Source of the DNA: the human T2T-CHM13v2.0 reference genome, Homo sapiens
Direction: 5' to 3' (one strand)
Length of the DNA stretch: 64,000 nt
NCBI RefSeq assembly: GCF_009914755.1
Contig: NC_060932.1
Shown here: positions 1 to 14,826 of the stretch, piece by piece
Numbering within the stretch: position 1 is the stretch's first letter
How the letters are laid out: every line of letters begins with the position of its first letter
Position numbers and translations under genes: made by a program
Notes under the pieces: generated by a model
Told to the model about the DNA's origin: nothing
Seen by the model: the letters and a program-made list of their open reading frames with translations, nothing else
Database searches by the model: none

Positions 1-198
1 TCTATTGACTTCAACCTTATTTACTGATTTAGATGATTTTATTGAGTTTGACAATGACTGGGGTTAGGAAAGAGCTGCTGCTTATCAAAACCCACTAAAC
101 CACATCCAAGATGAACTCACATTACAAGGATATTTCTGGGTGAGACTTGCTCCTCCATGCCTTCTGCACTCTTTATGTAAAGACACTGAAAGGGAATA

Positions 199-693
199 GG
201 TTTTAGTTTTCTATTGCTGCCATATCAAATTGCCACAAATTCAGGAGCTTAAAGCAACACAAATTTTTTATGTTACAGTTCTGCAGGTCAGATGCCTGGT
301 ACAGATTTCACTGGGCTAAAATCAGGGTGTTGGCAATGTAGAATTCATTATGGATGCTCTGGGGAAATATTCATTTCCTTGCCCTTTTCTACTTCTCTAG
401 GTGCCAGCATTCCTTGGCTTGTGGCCCCTTTCTCCATAGGCAGTAATGTGCAGCTCTCTGATCTTTCTTCTATAGTCATACCTTCCTCGCAGCCAGGAAG
501 AGCTTTCTGCTTTTAAGGATGCTTGTGATTGCATTGGGCCCACCCAGATAACCCAGGATAACTTCCCCATTTCATGGTCCCTAACTTAATCATATTTGCA
601 AAGTACCTTTTCCCATGTAAGGTAACATATATATTCATAGGTTGCAGGGATTAGGATATAGATACTTTTGGGAGCCATTATGTTGCCTATTAC
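199..693 (-). mobile_element. MLT1-type (MLT1C/D-like) ERVL-MaLR LTR
   Basis: Starts 'tagttttctattgctgccatatcaaattgccacaaa' and ends 'gggagccattatgttgcctattaca', the reverse complement of the MLT1 consensus ends as I recall them. Confidence 0.8.
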
Positions 694-1292
694 AAAATAA
701 GACTAATTTTGGCACCACATAACTTCCATTGGGCTATTGATGTCCTATAAACTGGGACAAACTAAAGAACAGAGGCTTTGGGGGATGTGCTGATATCACG
801 TCATAGAAAATTCCTGGGAGCAGTTCAACTGCAGCCTTGAACATAGGAGTAAGTTTGCCTCTAATGGAAGTGGATATTTCAATTGTCAATCATTTTGGAA
901 AGAAGTCATTCCTGGGTGAGGCTTAGAAAGGGTGAGGAAAACACCTTTCTTTTCTCTCCAAGGCCTGGGTTAATTTAGCCTAGATCTGGAGCGAAAGGAA
1001 CCAAGAACGCATATAGATGTTGGGGGTAGGATAAACCCCTGGGCCTGAGCAAGTGGCCTGGGATAGAAGACACGGTGTCAACTTACTTTGTAAGGGACCT
1101 AGAAGAGGGTGGAGACTGTGCAATATGTTGGAAAAGTCTTAGTTTTTCAAAAAGTATCTTGTTTCTGCAATGCTGTCAGAAATGGAAGGAAATAGCTTCT
1201 GCTGTACTTGAAGATGGCTCCCCTAGAATGGGAAGACATAATCTACAGAGTCCAGAATCACATGGCTGCTGAAGGCGGCCTGGAGAAGGCAA

Positions 1293-2058
1293 TGATTAAT
1301 TTTATATGTCAACTTGACTGGGTTAAGGGATGCCCAGATAGCTTGTAAAACATTTTTTCTGGGTGTACCAGTGAGGCTATCTCCAGAAGAGATTGGCATT
1401 TGAATTTGTAGATTGAGTAAAGAAGCTTCACTTTTGCCAATGTGCACAAGCATCATCCAATCCTTTGAGGACCCAAAAGGGTAAAAAAGGCAGAGGAGGG
1501 GCAAATTTGCTCTGTCTTCTTGAGTTGGGAAATCCATCTTCTGCCCACAGACATTAGAGCTCCTGGTTCTCAGGCCTTCAGCCTCAGACTGAATTACACC
1601 ACTGGCTTTCCTGGTTCTCCAGCTTGAAGATATCATATGGCAACATGTCCTGGTCTCCATAATTTTGTGAGCCAATTCCCCTAGTAAATCTCCTCTTACA
1701 TATCTCTATATTTGTTTTTTGAGATGGGGTCTTGCTCTCTCGCCCAGGCTGGAGTGCAGTGGCGAGATCTCAGCTCACTGCAAGCTCTGCCTCCCGGGGC
1801 TCACGCCATTCTCCTGCCTCAGCCTCCTGAGTAGCTGGGACTACAGGTGCCCACCACTACGCCCGGCTAATTTTTTGTATTTTTAGTAGAGATAGGGTTT
1901 CACTGTGTTAGCCAGGATGGTCTCGATCTCCTGACCTCGTGATCCACCCGCCTTGGCCTCCCAAAGTGCTGGGATTACAGGCGTGAGCCACCATGCCTGG
2001 TCACATATCTCTATATTTCTTATTGGTTCTGTTTTTCTGGAGAACCCTGACTAGTACA
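1293..2058 (+). mobile_element. MLT2 (ERVL) LTR interrupted by an Alu
   Basis: MLT2 5' signature 'ttaattttatatgtcaacttgactgggttaagggatgcccagatagc' and 3' end 'ggttctgtttttctggagaaccctgactagtaca'. Confidence 0.85.
1714..2002 (-). mobile_element. AluY-like SINE
   Basis: Full antisense Alu with AluY-type positions (cacgccattctcc, gttagccaggatggtctcgatc). 16-bp TSD acatatctctatattt at 1698-1713 and 2003-2018. Confidence 0.95.
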
Positions 2059-2574
2059 GGGAACACATCAGAAACTGAGATATTCAGAAACTGTTAGAAG
2101 AAGAAAACCTGGCAAAAGACTGAACATTAGAAGGATAAAAGGTTCCAACTATTGTGATTTGTGTGTTAAAGGAAAGTGGGACCTCACGGATTATGAAGTC
2201 TGGGCTATTTATGTAATGTACCAAGATCTGTTTTATAGTAATCAGTACAAGTATGAGATTTGAGAGCATTTTGGTAATAAATATGACATTCCTGATTCAC
2301 AGAAAACTCTCTTAAATCACAAGATTTTACAATGTGATGCTGCAGGGATTGCTTTGTTTTTCTTTTGAAGGTATTGGCTGGGGTGGACCTTGTGGAAAAT
2401 ACCTTGGACTGCTCATGAGGAGACTGGGTTGTGAGTCCCCTGTTTCCCCTTTGCACATTGGACCTGAATGAACTCATCCACTTGTGGATTTATCCGTCAT
2501 TATATCTGGATGATTCTTAGTGTAATACTTCAACTTTGACCTCCCAGTTGGAAAACTATAGCCCCTGACCTCAA

Positions 2575-2800
2575 GGAACTCAGACTTGTTTATATCTCCT
2601 TTGTATCCTCAGTCCTCAGCATAGGGCCTGGAAATATTACTAAATGATTTTTTGCTAAATAACTATATCAAGTATATGACTCTCACTAACTGGCTGTGTA
2701 AACTTGGTGAATTCACTTTACTGAGACCCAGGTTCCTCATCCAAAATGAGGTGCTTAGAAATCTTAATTCTAAGGTAATTTCTGTCTCTAACATTCTATA
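2575..2800 (+). mobile_element. L2 3' end followed by a MIR fragment
   Basis: 'ctttgtatcctcagtcctcagcatagggcctgg...aaatga' is L2-tail-like. 'gctgtgtaaacttggtgaattcacttt...ggttcctcatccaaaatgagg' is MIR-core-like. Confidence 0.55.
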
Positions 2801-3683
2801 ATCTTTTCAGTGTGTAAAGTGTCACTTCACCCTGTGATGGTTTTACACACTCTCTTTATTGTTTGACAAAGTAGAAAAAGCATTAATTGTCTTCCAGTAA
2901 AGTGTCAGATGTTTCACCTGACAGGTAACCAGGCTCAGGGTAGATGACTCTTTTGTGTAGATTTGGCTTCTTTCGTTCCAATCAATTCATGCTATGTTTA
3001 CAAAACATTAAGTGCAATTGAAATTAATTTCACCCTGGGTGCCTTGCCATACAGAATCAAAGGAAGCAGTTTTTGGGTGCTGCGTCAGACAAGGGTTTGG
3101 GCAAAATGAGGAACAAGATGAGACACTGATCTTTTGCCCTTTTGTTCTACCTTGCTGTCTCCTTAGGCTTCTTTGTCAGGGACATATATCTGGTCCCAGG
3201 GATTCCATTCCCCTCACCTGAACTCCCTTAACTCTGCTGAGGCTGTGTGGTGAAAGGGTTCTTAATTGCGTTTTCTTCCAGGGACCAGGCAGCTGTCTTT
3301 CCTCCAACGCACATGCAGCTTTCTTCTGAGCTTTGGCATGTGGGTGATGTCAGAAATATGCTGGTTTACAAATGCCAACACCCAAGGCCACCAAGGGGCG
3401 CAGAATTCACCTGCCAGAGTGTTTGAAACTTGTGTCAGGAAAAGGCAACAGCTGTGAAAAGCCCTATGAGAAATACTTTCTCACATAGGTGGGAAAGGGT
3501 GTCTAGAATTGTAAATCAATTTGAGGTCTACTTCTTCCAGCGACTTCTCCCAAGGGTGGAGAAAATTGGAAACTCCTCTAGCTCATTTGGCGATTGTGTG
3601 GAGAATGATAGCCTACCAATGATGCAGCAGTACATTTTCACCATGGGATACAAGACTCTGGTTTCTCTACCTGAGAGGTTTGA

Positions 3684-4036
<353 letters not shown>

Positions 4037-4633
4037 GCAGTCACCTCTTTGTATATAATATTAAAGATCACAAGCTTTGAGCATGGCCAAAGAGACCAAC
4101 TCTTTTATTTAGACCAACCATAGCGATAGTATTCAAATGTCTTTCCTTCAGCTCTGCCTCCTTGAAGGTCTTAGAGAACATTTCATTTTATTCGTGATGG
4201 TATCCAGCTTCCTTTGGATACTAATAGGAAGTAGGTTATACATCTTGCTGATAAATAGAAAGCCTTCTGGTTTTAAATTTAGTAACGAATTAAAGCAAGG
4301 TAGGTGGACACAGCCCTTTGTCCAGGATTTAGTCACTCAGAGGTCGTGGGCGCAGCATCTACATTGATACAAAGAGAATGTGTATATCAGCATATCTTTG
4401 GTAAGGAAGTCTTCTACCCAGGAAGTCAGGCTTGTTAAACCTGGAGACCTGCCAGAGTGATCCCAATGAACCTGAAATTCTATGTGTAACGTGTTTGAAC
4501 TCAGAGACTCATATAGGCCTATTTAAGTAGTAGTTTTACATTTAAAAAAATACAATCCAGACACTCAAAAGGAATCTAGAAAAAAATTCAAGTATTTGGG
4601 CTACTTTGAGAATATTAATAGGAATGAATATAA

Positions 4634-5488
4634 TGATACGGGAGTGCTGGGAAGGGAAGAGCGTGGTCCTTCTAAATGATATGGAATTGGGGAAGGGAAG
4701 TGCTGGGTAGAGGAAGGCATGGTCCCTGGCTAGGGCTCTACCCCCACGGACCTAGGTGAGGACAGGCACTTCTGCCTTCGTGCCCAAATGTTGCATTTTT
4801 CAAGATCACCCCGGCCTGCCACGCCCCCATCCTGGGCCTATAAAAACCCAAGACCGTAGCACAGCAGAGACAGAAGAAGCTGCTGGATGGCCAGGGAACA
4901 CATTAGCAGCAGAAGAACAGAAGCAACTGGACGTCGTGAGGGCGTCAAGAGGAGCACGAGGCAGAGGAGTGCACTGACAGCCACCAGCAGGCCGGCAGGC
5001 CACTGACTGGTGCAACAATGTGGAGTTCGGCTGGGGCAGTCGGAGGAGAGCCTGGGCTGCTCAGCAGCCTGACTCCAGGGGAAACTGTCTCCCTTCTGGC
5101 TCCCCCATCTGCTGAGAGTTACTTCTACTCTATAAAACCTTGCTCTCATTCTCCAAGTCCATGTGTGATCTGATGGCAAGAAACCCAGGGATACAGAAAG
5201 CCCTCTGTCCTTGTGACAAGGTAGAGGGTCTAATTGAGCTGGTTAACACAAGCCTCCTACAGACAGCAAAATAAAAAGAGCAAAACTAAAAGAGCACCCT
5301 GTAATGCATGTCCACTGGGGCTTCAGGAGCAGTAAACATTCACCCCTAGACACTGTGGTGGGGTCAGAGCCCCACAGCCTGCCCATCTGTATGCTCTCCT
5401 AGAGGTTTAAGCAGCGGGGCACTGAAGAAGCAAGCCACACCCCCATTGTGTGCCTTGAAAGGGGGACAAGGGAACTTTTCCCGTTTCA
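4634..5488 (+). mobile_element. Solo ERV1 LTR, LTR1-like family
   Basis: TG...CA termini ('tgatacgggagtgctgggaagggaag' to 'gggggacaagggaacttttcccgtttca'), near-TSD ataa/atag, and an internal TATA-like 'cctataaaa' at ~4838. Family assigned from memory. Confidence 0.75.
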
Positions 5489-6278
5489 ATAGTATACAGT
5501 AATACTTATTAAAATATCGATTCTTTTCATTTATCTAGTTTCTCCAATCTCTCCCAATAGTCTCACTTCCCAGTCTAGAAGATTCCACATTCTTGGCAAT
5601 AATCATCTTCCTGTAGGCCCAAAGGAGAAAGCTGCTTCTCACTAGAGCGTGCATTCCACACTGAACTCACTGTGAGGTTTCTGACAAGAAATATACATGG
5701 GGGAAAATAAAATTGACCTGGGCTATGCCATCATTTCTTCAGTTTCAGCACACTGTTGCACCATTATTTCTCTGATTGCTATCATAGAAATCTAGGTAAA
5801 TGACAGTTTAGAAGTTTGTTTGCTTACTTTATACCAATTAATGTGTTAGGCCAATGGTTCTTAAATTGTTTTAGGAGATACAGTGCTCAAATTTTATGGT
5901 ACTTTTCAGAACGCCATGAAAAGAAGCACTAGTTAATTCTATCATATGTATTAAGAGCATACTTTAATTTGTAGCATAAAATCACAATCGTGGGCATACA
6001 TGTCCATGAAATAAAGTCATCGAACCAGCATGGTTAACTTCTTCCTAGGTTTCCTTCTTTAATATTGATTGCCATTTAGTCCCTTATTTCTCATCCCTTA
6101 TCACTTCAGAGCAGAAGTATGGAGTGAATGCCAAAAATGTAATACAAATATATGAGACAAATGAAATTAACAAGATATCACCCTTTATTTTTTCTTGCAA
6201 ATTGGGGAAAACTACCAGTGTTTTATTTCAAGGTGCTACAATGCCTTTTGTCCAACTTGAATTATTGAAATATATCAA

Positions 6279-6425
6279 TTTCTTTCTTTCTCTCTTCCTT
6301 CCTTCCTTTCTCTCCCTCTTTCTTCCTTTCTTCCCTTCCTTTCCCTTCCCTTCCCTCCCCTCCCCTCCCCTTCCCTTCCTTTTCTCTCTCTCCTTCTCTC
6401 TCTCTCTTTTTCTTTCTTTTTCTTT
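6279..6425. repeat. Pyrimidine-rich microsatellite (CTTT/CCTT/CCCCT/CT), expanded Alu tail
   Basis: About 145 bp of almost pure C/T abutting an antisense Alu right arm. Confidence 0.9.
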
Positions 6426-6891
<466 letters not shown>

Positions 6892-7728
6892 TTGAAATAT
6901 ATCTGAATTTCACAGGAGACTGCTTTGATAATCTTTGTGTTGGATTCTGTGGAGGGGTGCAAAAGAAGGTTTTATTCATAAGGATGGGCATAGGAACCCC
7001 TTATTCCTCTAAGCTTATGTTTTCCTTTCTCTCATCTACTTCTTATTTACAGTTTTGGCCTTGTTTTCATTCTTTTAGTTTTTTCAATCCTCGTTATTCA
7101 ACATACACTTTTAGTGTGCGTTTTACATATGTACTCTGTAGCTTTTCTTATCTTTAATTATACCCTCTTGGATATTTCTCTCTCTTCCTTGCCTTCTGTG
7201 GCATTAGTTTTTACAGATTCTCATCCTACATCTCTATCTGTCCTGATGACTCCTTGTTCTTCTTCTGTCTCCTAGGGGTCATCAGCTGCTCCAAAGCTGA
7301 CCATGCTTCATATGATCAATCCTATTCATTTTGACATTTTCTCTATAACCTCTATGGTGATTCTTTGTAATTCTCCATCTAAGTTTGAACCATTCTTTTA
7401 ACTCTCAGACCTTGTCTCTACTGTCTCTAGTTGACCTTCTCCCACACATTGCAATTATTTTATTAACAAGAATAATAAATATTTCTTGAGAACTGACAAC
7501 ATGACAGTAATGGCATAAGTTCCCTGCCCTCAAGTTGTTCATGATTTCATGTTGGAGATAATTTTTTTGACTGTCCTTCCTAGAATGTAAAATCTTTGGA
7601 TATAGAAATTGTCTTTGTTTTGTTATGTGTCCTGATTCTACCAGTAATTGGCATGTTGAGATGTTCAAAAAATGTTCACAAAATTAGTCAATGAATCGTA
7701 GACAAATTGAGGGCAAAAGGAGCCTTAT

Positions 7729-8378
7729 TGTGTCCAGAGTTGGTTCCTTCTGGTGGGTTCTTGGTCTCGCTGACTTCAAGAATGAAGCTGCAGACCTTCA
7801 CGGTGAGTGTTACAGCTCTTAAACGTGGCACAGATCCAAAGAGTGAGCAGCAGCAAGATTTATTGTGAAGAGTGAAAGAACAAAGCTTCCACAGTGTGCA
7901 AGTGGACCCGAGCAGGTTGCCACTGCTGGCTGGGGTGGCCAGCTTTTATTCCCTTATTTGTCCCCACCCACATCCTGCTGATTGGTCCATTTTACAGTGT
8001 GTGGATTGGTCCATTTTACAGAGTGCTGATTGGCCCATTTTACAGAGTGCTGATTGGTGCATTTACAATCCTTTAGCTAGACACAGAGCACTAATTGGTG
8101 TGTTTTTACAGAGGGCCGATTGGTGCATTTACAATCCTTTACCTAGACACAGAGTGCTGATTGGTATGTTTTTACAGAGTGCTGATTGGTGCAGTTACAA
8201 TCCTTTAGCTAGACACAGAGCGCTGATTGGTGCGTTTTTACAGAGTGCTGATTGGTGCATTTACAATCCTTTAGCTAGACACAGAGCACTGACTGGTGTG
8301 TTTCCAATCCTCTAGATAGACAGAAAAGTTCTCCAAGTCCCCACTCGACCCAGGAAGTCCAGCTGGCTTCACCTCTCA
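7729..8378 (-). mobile_element. Solo LTR12 (ERV9/HERV9 LTR)
   Basis: The reverse complement begins 'tgagaggtgaagccagctggacttcctgggtcgagtggggacttggagaac' and ends 'ctctggacaca'. It has CCAAT-containing internal tandem repeats and a near-TSD ttat/ttac. Confidence 0.92.
7976..8300. repeat. LTR12 U3 tandem array with ~10 ATTGG (CCAAT) boxes
   Basis: ~24-bp units (gattggtccattttacagagtgct) followed by ~66-bp units (…gattggtgcatttacaatcctttagctagacacagagc…). Confidence 0.9.
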
Positions 8379-10372
8379 TTACCTTTAACTCCTTGCTCCA
8401 ATTAGATATTTAATTCTCCTCTAAAATGTCTCAACAATTGGTCACCCAGGTTCTGTTGGCATTAGAGGGTTATTGTTTGTCATTGGTGTCCATAGACTTG
8501 ATCCAAAATGGCTTTCCTAGGTTTCTTCTTTCATAATGAAAAAGAAAGAAGTGAATACTGAACCAAGAAAAGCCTAGAGAAAATCCCAGGATATGTGAAC
8601 AGAGGTTGAAAGAGATGACCATTATGCAATGAGGAAGTCATATAAACAGGTTAGAAGAAGGAATTGAACTATCCACCTCATGTAGTACCCATTCAAAACA
8701 GAGGGTCTATAGCTACAGCTGTTTCAGTTTTGCCAATTTTGCCCTCCAAATTAGACACGTGCCTTCCATTGACTTTAATAGGAGCCATGTGTGTGCAGTT
8801 GATGGCAGTACTTATCACTAAGGAAGCAAAGTGCTGAGTTCCTGCCACCCACCCGCATCTGTGGCTTTAATAACCCACAAGCAAATGAAAAACAAACATA
8901 CTGCTGGCATATTAGGAAACCATGGGGATTTAACAAAACCAACTAGTAAAAAAAAAAAAAAAACAGACTCTGGTGTGGAGACTGTGCTGGTGGGCTCCAC
9001 AAAAGGCCGGGACCTCAACTCACTATCCATGGGGCACTTTGCTCTTCCATCAGTGGAGTATTTGGTTGGAGTATTATGGAGGATATTTATAAGACCCTCA
9101 GATGAGGGAATAAAGTATGACACTCATGGTAATAATGATAGTCATCAATTTGTTTATTGAACAAATGCTTTTTTTGAGCCTAAAGAAGCTGTCAGCTAGG
9201 ATATGTTAACCCTTCCAATAGTACCAGGTTTGAGCCTTCAGTAAAAATCTATTTCCATAAATACAGTAAAGTATATCTGTTGGATCATTCTTTATGATAT
9301 ACCTAAATTGGATAGCAGTCGTGGTTAGCAATAGTGGACTTGAAAATAAAGATAAATAGTGAATTTGACAAATAAATTATACAATGAAATACCATTTGCA
9401 GAAATTAATGTGCGAGAGTTAAGACAGTAAAGACTAGTACAGACCTTTTCACAAGATACAACCTACCACTAACTGAAAGAAGAAAAGCTTCAGAATGATA
9501 CACATATTGACCTTTGTTTAACAGACTGAGAATTCACTGAAAACACGTCTCTTAAAAGTTTGGAAGGTGTGTCCATTTTAGTCCTGATAAGGTTAATTAT
9601 CTTGTCAATTCAGTGTCTCAGAATTTAGATTCGGGACAATGGGGCCTAAGGAGAGCTCTGCACGTTAGACCAGTGATTAGCTTCATATTTTCCAGTTCCA
9701 CCTTTGTCTCAAGATAGCTCAAAAATTCTATCTTATCTGTCCCTTGTTGCCAACCTGCAGACCAATGATTGGCTTTTTTCCTTGGGGTTATCTGCTATGT
9801 TGACAGGGAGCTCATAGGTCGGGGTGCTTAAAAGAAGCCCAAGGGAGGATGGTGTTGACTCTTCCTCCTGGGTGTCTATCTTATCTCCGGTTCCACTTTT
9901 AGCCTCAATTCTAACTTCAATGTGGGGCAAAGAATTTAGTATCTCTAGCCCTGCTATAAAAAGACAAACAGGTTCTAAAACATCTTCAATTACTTGTGGA
10001 CAGGAAAAGTCTTTCTTAGCAAAATGTTACTGTTTTCCCTCTCTGTCTCCAGATAGGCTAGCATGCATATAAGTTCTTCATAAACAAAGTCTCTCTCTTG
10101 CTGGATTTCAGTGAAGGCTGCAAGGAGTAATCAATGTATTCCTACATTCTAGAGTTTTTCTGCCAAGTTTTCTAACATTCTAGCCTTGTTAGGCACATTA
10201 TCTGTATCCCGAGGTACAATAAGTGACAGGTCAAGCACCTTGTAACAAACATTTCCAAATCCTTAACATAGTAAGGATATGGGTATTTTTACTGCCATCT
10301 ACCATATCACAGCTCAGCCAGTTCCACATTTTATGGATTTATTTATAACACCTTATTTCCAAGTACTGGTTT

Positions 10373-10910
10373 CTGTATTAGATGTAACTCTTTCAGTGTG
10401 AAGTAATAGAAACCAAACTCGGTCTACTTTAAAATAGTTCATTGTCTTCTATATGTACAACACAGGATAGTTTTTCTGGAAGCACAACTGGATTCCATCA
10501 AAAGCTAAGTAGGTTTGGGATTAACCTACTAGAGTTATGTCATATCCAGGTGTACTTTCTTTCTACCCATAAATTCTATTTCCTTATCATTGGCTTCATT
10601 CTTAGAATTCTCATAGTCACTTTCAGCAATTATAGACTATCTATTCCTAAGACTATTATCTTCAGAAGAAAGCAAGCTTCTTGTCTAACAATATAAACAA
10701 TCTTGGAATTGTTCCATTGCCCTTAATTCACCTTGCTGGGACATTTGTTCATCTTAAACAGATCACTGTGGGATGCAGATGACTGACCAGATCTCATGTT
10801 TGGCCCTCTGATGGTTGGCCCTTGAGGCAGGCTTGGTCAGCTCCACTGGAAACACTTTTAACAGAGGCAAGGTTGATTACTCTAAGAAAAATGCTTTTAT
10901 CATTACCAGA
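10373..10910 (-). mobile_element. Degenerate old MLT1-like LTR
   Basis: 'tgtattagatgtaactctttcagtgtgaagtaatagaaaccaaactc' resembles the antisense end of old MLT1 subfamilies. Highly diverged. Confidence 0.4.
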
Positions 10911-10914
10911 CTAA

Positions 10915-11203
10915 GAAATGGAAGATGTTGGCCAAAGGGTACAAAGTTTCAGTTAGGATGAATAAGTTCTGGTGACCTACTGAGCAGCATGGTGATTATA
11001 GTTAATAATATTGCACACTTGAAAATTGCTGAGAGTAAATTTTAAATGTTCTCACCACAAAAAGATAAGCATGAGGGGAAACAGATATGTTAATTAGCTT
11101 GATTTAATTATTTCCTGATGTATATAGATATCAAAATATCACATTGCATACCATAAATGTACACAATTTTATCAATTATACCTAAATTCAGCTGGGGAAA
11201 AAA
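10915..11203 (+). mobile_element. L1MA-type 3' end fragment
   Basis: 'aagggtacaaagtttcagttaggatgaataagttctgg', 'cttgaaaattgctgagagtaaattttaaatgttctcaccacaaaaa', and 'atgttaattagcttgattt', ending in a short A-tract. Confidence 0.85.
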
Positions 11204-11363
11204 GAATTTATGGATACTGGGCATAAAATATAAAAGATATTGATGACTGGTGAAATATTAAAGAGACAGAAAGCTGTATATAGGAGAAAGGAATGGATTT
11301 GAAAAGGAAGGGAGAGAGAACAGAAAACCCTGAGTACACTGAGCTTTTGAAAGACAGGGTATT

Positions 11364-11670
11364 GGCCAGGCGCAGTGGTTCACACCTCTAATCCCAGCAC
11401 TTTGGGAGGCCAAAGCGGGCAGGTCACGAGGTCAGGAGATCAAGACCATCCTGCTAACATGGTGAAACCCCGTCTCTACTAAAAATACAAAAAAAATTAG
11501 CCAGGCATGGTGGCAGGCGCCTGTAGTCCCAGCTACTCAGGATGCTGAGGCAGGAGAATGGTGTGAACTCGGGACGTGGAGCTTGCAGTGAGCCGAGATG
11601 GTGCCACTGCACTCCAGCCTGGGCGACAGAGCAAGACTCTGTCTCCAAAAGAAAAAAAGAAAGAAAGAAA
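11364..11670 (+). mobile_element. AluY-like SINE
   Basis: Full Alu with a (GAAA)n tail. TSD aaagac[a/g]gggtatt at 11350-11363 and 11668-11681. Confidence 0.95.
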
Positions 11671-11699
11671 GACGGGGTATTTAGAAAGAGCAGGGAATT

Positions 11700-12042
<343 letters not shown>

Positions 12043-12554
12043 TCAATATTAGAGGTGTTTGCTATACTATACTATAATGTAGGATTTTGAGGTGACAGTA
12101 TTTTAAAGCATACGTTGCTACATAGTTTTCTCTCTCAATTTTCAAGAAATACAAGTAAAGACTTATACTATCTGTTAAGGCTTTTTGGCAGTATCTTTGA
12201 GCTGTCTTGTGGATTCAATACTATGCTGGTTCTGGTCTAGAGGGTACCCAGTTTAACTTGGGTTACATAAGATTCTTGGAAGCCATTGTCAAGTCTTTAA
12301 GGAAAATGACTAGACTCAGGATCATGTTGAGTACAGATCTCCACTTTCAAGCATCAATTTCTTCTCAGAGTTCTGTCTTTCCTAATAGTCTTCAATGTTT
12401 CCTTTCAATAAGGATTTAGGGCCATTTTTAGTACCAATTGTAGCAATACTTAAAGATGAATGATAGGGGTGAACAGCCCTATAGTATGAGAAGGCATTGA
12501 AAACAGTTATTTACTCTGAAAACCAGAAGAATTTATTATAGATAAAAATGATAT

Positions 12555-12735
12555 AAAGCATAAGTTCACCTAACTGCACATTAGAATCATGAGAGAGATT
12601 TAAAAAATACCAATGCCTGCATCTTACCCCTAGTGATTTGAATATAATTGGTCTGGGGAGGGCTTGGCATGACTATTTTTTATAAACTCTCCCAGTGATT
12701 CTAATGTGCTGCCAGACTTGAGGACCACTGTTGTA
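12555..12735. mobile_element. MER5-type hAT-Charlie DNA transposon
   Basis: Quasi-palindromic 'ctgcacattagaatca...gtgattctaatgtgctgccagacttgaggaccactg'. Confidence 0.8.
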
Positions 12736-13566
12736 GAGATTATCACCACCAAGCATGCCAATGAAGGCCACAGGCATATCAGTCACATGTGTGGAGAACT
12801 CATACATTTTCTCCAACACCCTTCTGTCATTCAGCTTTAATATATCACAAGAAAGCCCATCTCTAGTGCTTCTTTAGGAAGTAAAGATACTGTCAAGTCA
12901 AGGAACTTTTCTGGGTTGATATGAGTATCTAGGAGTTAACATGCAGAATAACTGTGACCTCAAAAAGAAACTTCATGGCCACATTTAAATGTTGCATTTG
13001 TAATAAATGGCAGAATTGGCCCAAGGTTCAAGGCCAGTATGCAAATGTCGAAAATCTGCCACAAAGGCCACTGAGTCCTACAGAGCAAATCAGACATTCG
13101 GGCAAAGCTCACTTTGATGTTCTGCAACTGTAGAAAGGAGGGCCTGGGCCACTTAGTTCATATTTGCCCTATGTGACAACACGAATTCCACGTAGGAGAG
13201 GTGACACAGATGTAGGAGACACAGTTGATGTTACTTTGAGTAAGAAGCTCTGGTATTCCACTTCATTCCCCCTGCCTATCCCCCTAGTCCCTCCTATTGT
13301 GCTCACTGGCTGGCCCCCACCCTGGCATTCCTTCTCTCCTGGCACTCCTGGAGTGTCTCTCATTGGCAGGTGCTGCACTGGCCATTCCTGAGACTGCTTT
13401 GTTGCCTGCACTTCTAGCATCCTCTAAATTAGATCTGGGAAGCAAATGCATCCTGTCCATTTCCTGCATTTGATGTCTTTCAATCCGCACACTTCCTGCT
13501 GCAGTGACTAAAAGGAGTCACCCATGAATGTATGAATGCTTTATATGTCGCTTAAAAACAACAACA

Positions 13567-13897
<331 letters not shown>

Positions 13898-14297
13898 CTA
13901 GTGCAATTTATAATAATGTTGTATTGAAAATTACCCTTTGGATATTGTCATCTTCCAAAATATCATTTTTTCACAGTTATTTGGTAGTTTTCTCCCTTAA
14001 AATTGCCATTTCTGAGGGTAATGGCCACTAGAATTTCTAAACAGAAGGATAAGAAAGTGACTTGTTTTGTACTGGGAAAGTTTGACAGCTGAGCTCTGTA
14101 GGAGAGAAAGTGCTGTAAGAGGCCTGCACTTACGATGGAGAGAGGAAGCGGGAAAAATGAAATCAGGGGCTTTCAGGGTCACCAAACTGGACTAAAACAC
14201 ATCAATTGAAGTCCTTTTCCATGCGAATAAATAATCCCTCTCAGTCCCCTTTTCTGATTAGTTGTGGTTGAAGGACTTTTTACTTTTAATGAAGTCT

Positions 14298-14826
14298 GTC
14301 TCAGGTTATCTATGACTGTGTAACAAAACTCCCTCAGATAACGGCTTAAAGAAGGATCACTGATGATTATTATCTCTGAAAGTGCTGAGGTTTGGCTGAG
14401 TCCAGGTAGGTGGCTCTCGCTCAGGTTCTCTCATGGGACTGCAGTCCCATAGTGGCTGAGGCTGGGTCTTCTTGAAGGCCTCCAAACTCAAAGGTCTGCT
14501 GTAGGCTGCGTCTGCCACACTGGGTCTCCTGGGCATCTTTCTCTGGGTCTCTGTGGCCTCTCCAAGGGCTCTCTTCAGCATGGTGGCTTCAGTTTTCAGA
14601 CTTCTTACATGGTGACTCAGGGCTCCAAACACATGTGTCTCAAGAGACAGCCAAGCAGCAGTCATGTTGCTTTGTATGACCTGGCCCTGGAAGTCATGTC
14701 TTCCACATTCTATTTGTTAGGAGGAAGTTAGTAAGCCTGGCCCATGCTTAAGGAAAGCAGGATTAAGATCTGCCTCTGCTGGGCGACATGCCAAACAATC
14801 AGCGGCATGTTTTACAACCACCGCAG
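14298..14826 (-). mobile_element. MLT1 (H/I/J-like) MaLR LTR
   Basis: 'ggttatctatgactgtgtaacaaaactcc...ggcttaaa', 'cttcagcatggtggcttcag', 'tatgacctggccctggaagtca', ending 'atgttttacaaccaccgca'. Confidence 0.7.

Noticed and set aside
1223-1675. 150-aa minus-strand ORF
   Set aside because: It lies almost wholly in an MLT2 LTR and has no recognisable domain.
7976-8300. Repeat array superficially like CRISPR
   Set aside because: There are no unique spacers or cas genes, and it lies within a primate LTR.
7872-8315. 147-aa ORF with repeated 'QSADWCIYNPLARHRALIG' units
   Set aside because: It is the antisense translation of the LTR12 tandem array, with a GTG start and no evidence of a gene.
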